Origin: the human T2T-CHM13v2.0 reference genome, Homo sapiens
Direction of reading: 5' to 3'
NCBI GenBank assembly: GCA_009914755.4
Contig: CP068257.2
Coordinates: forward strand, 20,992,001 to 21,056,000
DNA length: 64,000 nucleotides
The position numbers and the translations under genes are program-made. The notes under the pieces were generated by a model. It worked only from the letters and a program-made list of their open reading frames with translations. It was not told the origin of the DNA and made no database searches. Numbering within the stretch: position 1 is the first letter of the stretch; the number at the start of each line of letters is the position of its first letter. This document shows positions 15,000-26,197 of this stretch, one piece after another.

Positions 15000-15366
15000 G
15001 GCCAATGGGAAATAAGCAAATGTTAAAAGCAGAGACTTGGAAAGCATTTGAGCATTTGGGTTTACTCTATGTGTAGTGTTTTGACCTTTCAACTACCATG
15101 TGAAGATGCCCAGACTATCCTCCTGAATAACAAGAAGCAAGAAGCAGTCTCTTCCAAATTGCCAAGAGCCTGCTTGCTGTCAGTCACGTGAGCTAGTTCA
15201 CCACAAATCATCCAGCTATTCATTGACAGCAGAAAACAGCTAGGCTGGCACAGTTAAGACTTTCCAACAAACCCACAGAATTAGGAACCACATACATAAT
15301 TATTGTCTCAAGCCACTGACATTTAGGAAGTAGTGTGTTATACAGCAATAGATAATTGAGAAACAT
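15000..15366 (+). mobile_element. Probable MaLR (MLT1/MST-type) solo LTR
   Basis: The 3' end ...attattgtctcaagccactgacatttaggaagtagtgtgttatacagcaatagataattgag matches the characteristic MaLR LTR terminus (...tgttgttttaagccactaagtttgtggtaatttgttacagcagcaataggaaactaata). The upstream ~350 bp is of LTR-like length. The 5' boundary is uncertain. Confidence 0.45.
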
Positions 15367-15709
15367 GTTGTGCTTGGAAGTGGTGTTTTCTTTGGAAATG
15401 GAGATAGTGATGACTGGAAACAGCAGAGAAGAAACTATTATGTGATGCTAGAAAAACGTGCATAATCTGTAAATGAAGGTGAGAAAATTATTCTGATAAG
15501 ATGAAAAAAAGATAACCCTTATTATTTTGTAGTAAAACAGCTGCAAAACTATCAGCCCCTCTAACTCTGAAGGTTGTTACATGTATGTAATGAACATATC
15601 TAGCGCAACATTGGATGTCTTTGGGGGAAGGGGAAGGGCATGGGTAACTTGACTGTTTAGACCAGAGGAAGCATATCCAACTCTGCCTTCTAGACATGAT
15701 TTTAGATTA

Positions 15710-15866
15710 CTTTTTTTTTTCCTGAAACAGAGGCTTGCTCTTTTGCCCAGGCTGGAGTGGTGTGGCACCACCATAGGTCACTACGGCATTGACCTGGCCT
15801 CAAGCGATCCTCCCACATTAGCCTCCCGAGTAGCTGGGACTGTAGTTGTGCATTACGATGCTCGCT

Positions 15867-15912
<46 letters not shown>

Positions 15913-16027
15913 GACAGGGTCTCCCCAGGTTGCCCAGCCTGATCTCAAACTCTTGGTCTCAAGGGATCCTCCCACCTTGGCCTCCAACACTGTTGGAATT
16001 ATAGGCGTGAACCACTACACCTAACTA
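15710..16027 (-). mobile_element. Alu SINE, minus orientation, with a (TG)n microsatellite expanded in its middle linker
   Basis: The poly-T at 15711-15720 is followed by reverse-complement Alu; the right monomer runs ...ggattataggcgtgaaccactacacc. The (TG)~20 run at 15869-15909 replaces the A-rich linker. Confidence 0.85.
15869..15909. repeat. (TG)~20 microsatellite inside the Alu
   Basis: Read directly. Confidence 0.9.
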
Positions 16028-16474
16028 GAATTTTGTATTTTGACCCTAAGGGGAAAATTATATGAAACATTTTGGATCCCTGGAGTAAGAGTGAGCACAT
16101 TATTCATGTGACAGAAATGTAAACAAATAGCAGCCAGGGGAGAATTGTGATTGAATATCAAATGCTCACAAGTCTTCCCTTTCTATGAAGATGGGCATTT
16201 TCCACCTCTTGAACCTGAAACAGTCATGTGACTTTCTTTGGAAATGTGGCTTTATAATAAATGTAACACAAGCAAAGACTTGATAAGTGCTTGTATATTG
16301 GGGCTGGCTTCTCTTGCAGCTTTTGTAAATGTGCAATCAGTATTTGAAGAAATTCAGAGTAGCTTGCTGAATGACAAGAGAAATAAAACTCGGGTGTCTC
16401 TGTCACTCTAAACAGCCTGTAGGAGCCACACATGTGAATGAGGATATCCTTGATTGTCTGGATGCAAGATGACT

Positions 16475-16490
16475 CACCAGTTGATAGCAA

Positions 16491-16548
<58 letters not shown>

Positions 16549-16745
16549 ATATATATATATGTATATCTGGATATATATGTGTGTGTGTATATATATATAT
16601 ACACACACACACATATATATACATATATATACACACACACATATATCCAGACATACATATATATATACACAAATACACATATATATATATATATATATTT
16701 GCTATCAACTGGTGGGTGCTATCAACTGGTGTGTGTGTGTATATA

Positions 16746-16786
<41 letters not shown>

Positions 16787-16800
16787 ACATATATATCTGG
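16475..16800. repeat. Compound (TA)n/(TG)n...(CA)n/(TA)n microsatellite forming a near-palindrome bracketed by a perfect 20-bp inverted repeat, followed by a tandemly duplicated flank and a second smaller mirrored unit
   Basis: caccagttgatagcaaatat (16475-16494) is the exact reverse complement of atatttgctatcaactggtg (16695-16714). The central tgtgtgtgtatatatatatatacacacacaca is a perfect palindrome. gctatcaactggtg is repeated at 16701-16714 and 16718-16731. Confidence 0.85.
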
Positions 16801-18674
16801 ACAAGCCCCACAGCTATCAGCTGACCTGTCCCAGACCCAAGAATCAAGCGGACTCATATAACTGTATGATAATTAAATGGTTAATGTTGAAACACTAAAT
16901 TTTGAGATGCTTCCTTAAGCAATGAAATAACTGGAAATCTTTTCTCTCTAGAGATCACTTTGCTGTCAGTGGGCTTTGAAGCCACCACTGTATTTTATCC
17001 AACCATAGTCACACAAGAACATTCTCATAATGTGGTAATGACATTGTCGTTTTAATTTACCTCAGTGATATACACTTAAAAAAACTAAACTGAAAATATA
17101 ATTATGTCAATGTGCAGGAAGCTTTTGAGAAATATTTTTTAAAAATCCATTCTGGCACTATTCTGTATTATATGAGTTATATTTTTGTGGAAATTGTTTT
17201 AAGTATAAGCTTCTAAAATATGATTATACACATAGTAATTATACCATTATCTATCAGCTCCTTATTTCCACATGCTCAGTCTACTTTCTTGGTAGAGATA
17301 TATCTTATCCAAAAAATATACATTAAGGATTTGTAGTATTATTGTATGTAGTAATTAAGAGTGGCTTAACCCTTTGAAGTGACTTAATTCATTATATTTA
17401 TGCCTATAATTTTAACAATATGTATAAGAAAGAAGACCTCATGGTAGTTTATGTTCTAGATATTTTACAACAAATGATATGGCACATAATACAAATATGT
17501 GTTGCCTCATTATTCAAAGAATTAAAAACATTTATCAGACTTACTAGAATTTACTGATCCAAACTCCTCAAACAATTAGACTTTGAATAGTCAATGAGAA
17601 TATATTTCTTCTCCTTTTTCAGCACTATTCACAGAATATGTTATCAATTTTCTGTCACTCTCTCTCCCTGAAGAAACCAATATTACTTCGATTCTATATA
17701 GAAAATAAAAGAGGTATCCTGAAAAATAAAAATGGATTTGACTTTTTTTTTTTCTGTGTAAGAATTCAGACATTAGCAGCACTGAATCTTATCAGATCAA
17801 TTCCCCGCAGAAGGCTAAAGCCTGCAGTGGTCCAGGTTCTGTAAACTCTACAGACGTGAGACAAGAATGATAAAGGAAGACTACTAAATATTCCTTTGCT
17901 AAACCGTGCATGCAATGCATGTTGATTGCCCCTGGTTTTAACTATCTACACTGTAAATAAGAGGTCTATAAGCCAAGTAGTTAAAGGTGAAAGACTCTTC
18001 TATTATCCTTTTAATTCCAATAAAACTATTCAACCAATTTTATTCACTTACACTGTTAATAAAATAGACCCTATGCTTTAGAAACCTGGCTCAAATAGAA
18101 AACAGAAAAAAAGTTCTTACCTTTCGTATTTTTCTCTCCAACTTCTACATATTAATTAATCTTGTGCTCTGTATTTGGAACCATGAAAACAAATTTTATT
18201 TTTCTATTCGGTCAAGTAAAAATACTATGTATAGAAAAACTCTAGACAGATTGAGACTCCATCTCAAAAAAAAAAAAAAAAAAAAAAGAAGAGAGGAGGA
18301 AAACTCTAAGAATGAGAAATTGCTATGGAGTTTAATGTTGATTCCAGAACATACCCACTGAATAGGAGGCGCAAGGTATCAATGTTAACTAGTTGAAATA
18401 CAAATTGAATTTTTAAATTAAGTAAAGTCAGGGTAATCCAGATGTCACCTTGGAAAGGAGACTAAACGAGAAATTTAGGATGTGTTTGTCATAATTTATA
18501 TTACTCTAATGAGAGGAATCAATGCAATCAAAAGCACCTTATCATTCAGACTAGTTGGAGAGAAATGCCCAAATCAAAGTTGTAGCACCACGTGTTTCCA
18601 TTCATATTTCCGTGGTGATATGAACTTCAAATTACAGTGCTCGTATTGAATGCATGTGAGACTAAACACGAATT

Positions 18675-18948
18675 GGCCTGGCATGCTGACTCATGCCTGG
18701 AATCCTACCACTTTGGGAGGTCGAGGTGGGAGAATCACTTGAGGCCAAAAGTTCAAGGCCATTTTGCGCAACATGGGAAGACCCTCTCTACAGAAAAGAA
18801 AAAAAAATGGTGCACTTTTGTAGTCCTGGCTGCTCAAGAGGCTGAGGTGTGAGGATGGACTGATCCCAGGAGTTCAAGGTTATAGTCAGCTATGACCACA
18901 CCACAGCGCTCTAGCATGGGTGGCAGAGTGAGACCCTGTCTCTAAAAG
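18675..18948 (+). mobile_element. Alu SINE, + orientation, older (AluJ/S-like), no long A-tail
   Basis: ggcctggcatgctgactcatgcctggaatcctaccactttgggaggtcgaggtgggagaatcacttgagg...gagaccctgtctctaaaag. Confidence 0.85.
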
Positions 18949-20384
18949 ATGAATTGATCATTAAGTAATTAAAAGACATTAATTAAGACAAGAAACTCAA
19001 ATCAGCGAGCAACAACTAGGAGAAAGGTGTGTGGAGGATTTTTGTAGCAGTTTGCCATAGATCAAGCATAAAGGCTGGAAGGGATGGATATGACAGGTAC
19101 AAAGAGAGTGACTTAAGTCTAAATATTCAAGACAGGGATTTTCTGAATACAGAAAACTTTTCTCATCTCTGGCGAACTTGAACTAGAATCAGTATTAAGT
19201 GAAGATTATGTGATGAATATCTGGCATACATCATTGAATCTATTTCCAAATCTCTTGTGGATCAACTTCCAGAAACTAGGACTGAGAAAGGAGAGGTTCT
19301 CACACTTCAGGTACTTTCCATAAAGATTTTTTGAACCTAGAAATCTATGTCTGGGTTTATTTTCTGCTTTCACTATCATCCCAGAGGTCCAGGACCTGCT
19401 GCTCATCGTATTTGAAAGGGAGGCTAAGAGTCAATTGTTTCTAAATTCTGAGGCAATTTACAGTTGATGTGATCTTTTGTTCATGAGCCTTTGAGGCCAA
19501 AATTTCAAGTTAACCGATTTTAGTTTATTTGCTCCTGTATGCATGAAATAGATGAGACAAAGAACAACTGATATTTACTGAGCTTCATTTGAATTTTGAT
19601 GGGAACCCTATTCTCAGCTCTTACCCTAAAGTGCAGTAACCTATCAGTGGTTTCCAAATCCCTGGGGCTTATCTGAATGCATCACTTAAGCTGGAGTAGG
19701 TTTCTGAGACTGGGTAATAAAACTTGCTGAAACAGGAATGGAATACTTAAAGAAAATACTGAGGACAATTTTTTTATTAATATTTCATTTCTGGTCTAAA
19801 AAAATGATATGTGTTTGATCCCTCCACTTCACTAGGCATTGTAATTTAGTGAACATTCTGATACTTAGATTTCAGAAACCTTCCCCAGAGTCTCTTTGCA
19901 AATTGTGACTCAACTGCATTCACAGATGGAGTGCAAAAACTGAGATCAGATGTTGATGTTGAAAGTACTGCAGAAGGCACAAGTAAATGACAATACAGAA
20001 AAAACAGGTCATTAACTGGTGTACGAATAAAGTAGCCAAAGGTTTTTCTGATTTTTGAATAGAAACCTTTTGCCTTCAGAGACTTTTCTCTTACCCATTT
20101 CAATTGGATTTTCTTTTACTTCAATTAGACAACAAGCAGACAACAACACAACTACCTTTATACTAGTGAAGAGTAATCATTTCTATATGAGTAATAATGC
20201 AACATGAAAAATCCCACAAAATATTGTTTAATAAACTAAGTCTTGTGGATGTGTGTGAAAAAGCTAGCCAGAAATATTCTTTTTTCTAATTCTGTAGTAG
20301 AAGAATTTAATGTGATGACTTTAGGTGTGTGTGCATGTGCCTACATGTGTGAACAAGTATACATGGGTGTACTGTGTGTGTGTA

Positions 20385-20463
20385 TCACGTGGTGCAAAAC
20401 TAATTGCGGTTTTTGGATTTACCTTTAATGGCAAGACCAGCAATTCTTTTTGCACCAACCTAA
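20385..20463. mobile_element. MADE1 (Hsmar1-derived MITE), ~80-bp palindromic element
   Basis: ggtgcaaaactaattgcggtttttgg...ccagcaattctttttgcaccaacctaa matches the MADE1 consensus ttaggttggtgcaaaagtaattgcggtttttgcc...ggcaaaaaccgcaattacttttgcaccaacctaa. The 5' TIR tip is mutated. A TA dinucleotide follows the 3' end. Confidence 0.6.
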
Positions 20464-23240
20464 TATTTAAGTTACATGTCCTATGAAAATTATAATGCCT
20501 TCTGCAATTAATTGTTAAATATGAAGTAAGAAAATCAACATTAATGTGTTTGATAAATCTTTGTCGCATATGCTTATCAGCTAAGTGTTTATTATACAGG
20601 ACCTCACCTCACACACCTGAGAAAACACATCACACGTCTACCTTCATGAAAACATGAACTTGCTACTCCCACCATTATTAGTGTAGACAGAGAAGTATCA
20701 CAGGTTATGTAGGGCATCCTAACTTATCTGAATCTTGTTTCACAGTGAAATTACCGTTTCTGTTTATATTTAGAAGGGGATATTGGAATGCACTCACCTT
20801 TTTTTTCTCTAAAGTCTCATATAAAAGTGAGTTAAAATAAGTTCCTTTTTGGTATTGTTCATAAGTATTAAAACATTAAATATGTTTATCATCACCTAAA
20901 AAACATAAGATTACAAAGCTGTGGTTTTAGCCAACTTTTTTAACTTTATGTGCCTAGAATGTAATATTTCCGGCAATCTGGCAAGAGTTCACACATCTGC
21001 ACCTCTTCCAGTTTCCCGTGGCAGGTGAGTTTCTCCTTTGTTAAATTGTTTGGCAGGCAGCTGTGAATTTATAAATTTGCAACAGATGTCTCCAATCAGA
21101 ATCATATACATTTTGTAGTCTAAGGCTGAGTCTGGGGAAGCTGAACAGGACAGGGAAGGATGTATAATTTTATTTTATCTAAAAATTTATAAATTTTAGT
21201 TTTTGTGTGAAAGTTGTGCTTTTTACACCTAGGTAAACAATCTGAGTAAAATAAATAAACAGAGGAGTATTCCATAAATGGATTCAACTGAGAAATTAAT
21301 CTCAAAAACTTTGGTTTTAAAATATATATGCTTTCTAAAAAATATTTTTCTTGGTAGAATTAAGAATAATATATGTCCAAAAATCATTTTACATCCTTTC
21401 ATGGAAATAGACCTCTAATATAATATGAGGTCATCACACTGAATAAAATGCTCATTATATCTTTATTCTTACTACAAGTAGGAAAATTCATGAAGCTATA
21501 GATTACTACTGGGGGGAAATGAACAATTGGAGTTATTAGTTAGTTTAATTATATTTTTAAATGGTGCTCCTGTCTAAATTATTATAATAACATTCTACTT
21601 TGATTTAGTGATTCAAACACAAATATCCACATGGAGGTAACTGAGACATAAGCTGAGTCGGGCATGGCCGTTGCTCAAGCATTACCAGTGGTATTATCTT
21701 CACATCACTTATCCCAATACACCCCAATGTTTGTCTTTTATGATTTACATAATATTAGATTGTCTCTCTGCTACCTCTGTCTTGGTCCCCATTAGAACAA
21801 ACATACCTTTCTCTGTACTCAACAGATCCCACTTTCTGTCATCCTGCTTTTTTACACTTAGTCTATATTTTATTACTCAGTCTTTCTCTGCATGGCAATT
21901 CATTCGAATTCATATAAATACCTACCTCACACATACACACTTTTATGTACACACATAAAAATAATAAGCATACACAAAAATTCTCAAGATATTCACATAT
22001 GCACAACTGGAATAATAGAATGCATATTAGTTTTAACAGATAATTAGCTTATGTTTTATTAGGGTTTTGTTTAATTCAGTTTTGCTCCAATCTTCACTCA
22101 TCCAACTCTCAGACATATCCTCCAACACACATACATAAACACGTACACTTACACAGAGTACAAACATAGAAAGAAAACAAAACACCAGATTAACTGATTG
22201 TATTCTACGTTAATTTCTTGTTAATATCACAATTATATTATTGTATATAATGTTGTTTATAATATATAATATTACTGCATAGATATAAATACTTTATCAG
22301 GTATAAGTGGATTTTAGGATTTTTGATTTTCAAAAATAATATTGTATAATATCTATTTCTTCTGTATTTTGCCATTCTCACCTTCAAGACAATAATTACT
22401 TATAGTCTGCTAAATTCCATTCTAAGCACTGTGGACATAACATTGAACAAAAGAGATCCGAAAGAGCTTAAATCAATGAAAAGCTTTCTAAATAGTAAAA
22501 CATTCTTTAGTTATAAATTTCTTTCTAAACTCTTCCTTTTATATTGGAAGGAAAAACATTATTTCTTTATATAGATTTGCTTCCAAGCTATTATATCCAT
22601 TTTTACTTTTGCTTTTCTGATAGTATAATTTTCAGATGTTCACACATCTGTTTGGACACAAAATGAGCAGGTAGGGCCCACTAAATCCTAAAATATACAG
22701 TTATTTCAGCCAGTATTATCCTATCATTAGCATATCAATTGTGGGATAGTGGCAAGGAAAATTCAAATGATGTGGTTTGGCAAGAGTCCCAAAAGATCAG
22801 ATGGTTTGTATTATTTCCTAAACTCTATGTTTTATTATTTTATAACTTTATTTTTGTCTCATTTCCTCAACTTCACTACCACAAAACTTTATCTAAATAA
22901 GGGTTTTATTTTGGTACCTCAACAAATAATATAACCTTTAATATTTAGAATTTAACTTTGGACCCAAATCCTTTCACATATTTACTCCCTTGTATACTTT
23001 GTTATTGCACATTCTAGTATACTATCCCAAGGTCTTCCTGTCAAGGTGCTGTTAAACACACATGAAGAGTACATCAAAAATTCATTGTTTTCTTAGAAAT
23101 CAGAGCTTCTTTTGATAATCTACACATCTTCATTCATACCTTTTAACTATTAGAGGCCACCTCCATTACCTTGAGTAGCAACATAGAAATTCATAAAAGT
23201 GTCCTTCTATTTAAGTGTCCTTCATTCACTTTGTAATTTC

Positions 23241-24068
23241 TTTTTTTAATCTTTTTTTTTATTATACTTTAAGTTTTACGGTAGATGTGCACAACGTGCA
23301 GGTTAGTTACTTATGTATACATGTGCCATGTTGGTGTGCTGCACCCAGTAACTCGTCATTTAACATTAGGAATATCTCCAAATGCTATCCCTCCCCCCTC
23401 CCGCCACCCCACAACAGGCCCCGGTGTGTGATGTTCCCCTTCCTGTGTCCATGTGTTCTCATTGTTCAATTCTCACCTATGAGTGAGAACATGCGGTGTT
23501 TGGTTTTTTGTCCTTGCGATAGTTTGCTGAGAATGATGGTTTCCAGCTTCATCCATGTCCCTACAAAGGACATGAACTCATCATTTTTATGGCTGCGTAG
23601 TATTCCATGGTGTATATGTGCCACATTTTCTTAATCCAGTCTATCACTGTTGGACATTTGGCTTGGTTCCAAGTCTTTGCTATTGTGAATAGTGCCACAA
23701 TAAACATACATGTGCATGGTGTCTTTATAGCAGCATGATTGAACAGACATTTCTCAAAAGAAGACATTTATGCAGCCAAAAGACACATGAAAAAATGCTC
23801 ATCATCACTGGCCATCAGAGAAATGCAAATCAAAACCACAATGAGATACCATCTCACACCAGTTAGAATGGCCATCATTAAAAAGTCAGGAAACAACAGG
23901 TGCTGGAGAGGATGTGGAGAAATAGGAACACTTTTACACTGCTGGTGGGACTGTAAACTAGTTCAACCATTGTGGAAGTCAGTGTGGCGATTCCTCAGGG
24001 ATCTAGAACTAGAAATACCATTTGACCCAGCAATCCCATTACTGGGTATATACCCAAAGGATTATATA
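23241..24068 (-). mobile_element. L1PA-type insertion (minus orientation) with 5' inversion (twin priming); 15-bp TSD tcactttgtaatttc at 23226-23240 and 24069-24083
   Basis: 23241-23260 is the A-tail read as poly-T. 23261-23740 is an antisense L1 3' UTR and ORF2 3' end (ttatactttaagttttacggtagatgtgcacaacgtgcaggttagttac...). 23741-24068 is sense ORF2 (gaacagacatttctcaaaagaagacatttatgcagcc...ttactgggtatatacccaaaggattata). The two pieces are contiguous in L1 coordinates (ggattata | aatcatgctg). Confidence 0.85.
23741..24068 (+). pseudogene. Inverted 5' segment of that L1; carries an ORF2p fragment ORF (23739..24086, 115 aa)
   Basis: The ORF translation [108 protein letters not shown] is the L1 ORF2p C-terminal region. 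Confidence 0.85.
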
Positions 24069-26168
24069 TCACTTTGTAATTTCTAAAGTGAAAGAAGAAA
24101 GTGTAACAGCAACTAGTTTAGAACGAAGAGTGTAGAGACTAATGTAGGGGACATAAAAGGAAATTGAAAAGACAAATGAGGCTTTGCAGGCAAACGAAAA
24201 GTTTCTTGAATCAGAGGTAAAATTTAAGGTTAGCCATCTGAGCCAAAGGAAAGTTATTACCATTTCTTGAATATTTGCCATATGACAAGTCTTGCAAGTA
24301 ATTGTTTATGTGTAAAAGTGTGCCTCATTGCCATTAATATTACCACAAATCATAGGCTTCAGACATGAAGTGTTTTACGGAACAGAACACTGGACTTTGA
24401 AGTTATTCCGAATGCTTTAAATTGTCAAGAATAGTCACTTCATTATAATCTTTGTAAGTTTTATTTAATTACTGATTGGTTACTGGGAGAAACTAATGTG
24501 TTAGTCTTTTATCACCAAACACAGCTGCATGAATTTACTTAGTTGACTTGCCTTGGGAGGATAAATCCCCTGATAAAATGGGGCATATGGGGTGAACATT
24601 TAATTGGGATTGAGGTGATTTAAGGACAGTAGACCCAGGTAAAAATATATTAAAGAATTAGCCATGTTCATACACAAATACAAATGAAAACGTCCTCTTT
24701 GGCTGGCTTTATAGTGAGAGATAGCAACATGACATTTATATTAAAATGTATATTCCTCTTTTTGGAAATTATCATTTATCTGACAGTTAAGAAAACAATT
24801 GATGAAATCTGGGGCAAATAGAGAAACATGAGGAAATATAAACATTTCAAATAAAGGGGATTAAAGAGGATTAAGATACTAATTATACGTTTATGTATAC
24901 AGCATATTTTCATTCATGTTCTCATGTAAAGACAATCACTTTTGACTTTCACAACTCTTTGAGAGAAACATGTTGATGTTTTGTTGTTTTAATTGTTAGC
25001 AACAACAACAAAAGTTGAGATTCATAAAATTTAAAATAAATTATGAAAAGCCAAGAATCAATAAACTGACTCAATTTGGAAAAACTAGGTCCAAGATGAG
25101 TTCAAAATTAATAGGGATTTTTAATTTAAAAGATATTACCTAATGTTTCCTAAGGATATATTTTTCCTCACTAAAGTATCTTTGGAGACATATAAAGAGC
25201 TGACCATTATAATAAAATTAAGTTATAATTCTAATTTTGACCCAACATTTAAGAAAATTCCACTGACAGAAAATCTAGTGTAGTAAATTAATAGACGCAA
25301 TGAGAAACTGGAACATAATTTACCATTAAAAGAGAGGAAAACATACGAAACTCTGGAAGATTGAAAAAAAAACAGGGTGGTGATGCTATATAGTTATCTG
25401 AATGCTTACAACAATCATTCTGTCATGTTAAAAATTGTTTTTTCTTTTTTCCAAAAGGGTTACTTTTCCACAACTCCATTCATAGTTCCTCTTATAATAC
25501 ACTTCACATATAAAATAACAAGTATATAAAGCAAATCTAAGGGATCAATGGGTGTAAATTAGGATTTACATTGTATGAAGCAATTTACAATTAAAACAAT
25601 TCTGCATACAACTATAAAGAATAGAGAAGTTCTGTTTAGTAGAGGAAACACTAACTGTAATTTTATAGAGCACTATTTTTAATAAGATTATCAGAGAAGA
25701 CAGAAAAAAGTTTAGGGAATGTCCCATCTCAACCCATTAGAGACAGTGTGGTGAATTTCTGCTATATATTAGGGAAAAAATTATAAAAATTGATCTGATC
25801 TTCATCTACGGCCCTGAATGTAGTCCAATGATAAAGATTAAAACCACCCACTACAAATATGTCCATAACCACTTGACATGAATTATTGCAGTTAATCATT
25901 TAAAAACCTGTAAGAAAAGTATATTCTCAGCAACACATGAATATCTTGAGCCAAAGATGTTTTAAATAATATAACTAAGGTCTAATAGTAGTTTTCGGAG
26001 CCTGGAAACAAACCACCTAACAAATCAGCTAAAGACAACTGAAAGAAACTTATAATAAACTAAGTTACGTTTATTATTTGACAAGTAAAATACATACAAG
26101 AAAAAATAATATTGAAACTTAAAGGAAAACTGAAGATCAAGTATCCCCAAGAAACGTTAAGCAAGGTA

Positions 26169-26197
26169 AAGAAAGAAAGAGAGAGAGAGAAAGAGAT
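26169..26197. repeat. (GA)n/(GAAA)n purine microsatellite
   Basis: gaaagaaagagagagagagaaagagat read directly. Confidence 0.8.

Noticed and set aside
16224-16898. Cluster of overlapping 68-148-aa ORFs on both strands (CVCVCV..., YIYIYI..., HTHTHT...)
   Set aside because: Pure translation artefacts of the (TG)n/(TA)n/(CA)n compound microsatellite. No start-codon context and no complexity.
18250-18298. gattgagactccatctcaaaaaaaaaaaaaaaaaaaaaag, which resembles the last ~20 bp of an Alu plus an A23 tail
   Set aside because: Too short to call an Alu insertion confidently. It could be an extremely 5'-truncated Alu or a fortuitous A-tract, so I left it unannotated.
21018-21035. Perfect 5' splice-donor consensus CAG|GTGAGT (gtggcaggtgagtttctcc)
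   Set aside because: An isolated 9-mer match expected by chance many times in 64 kb. There is no upstream ORF with coding character and no supporting acceptor or exon structure.
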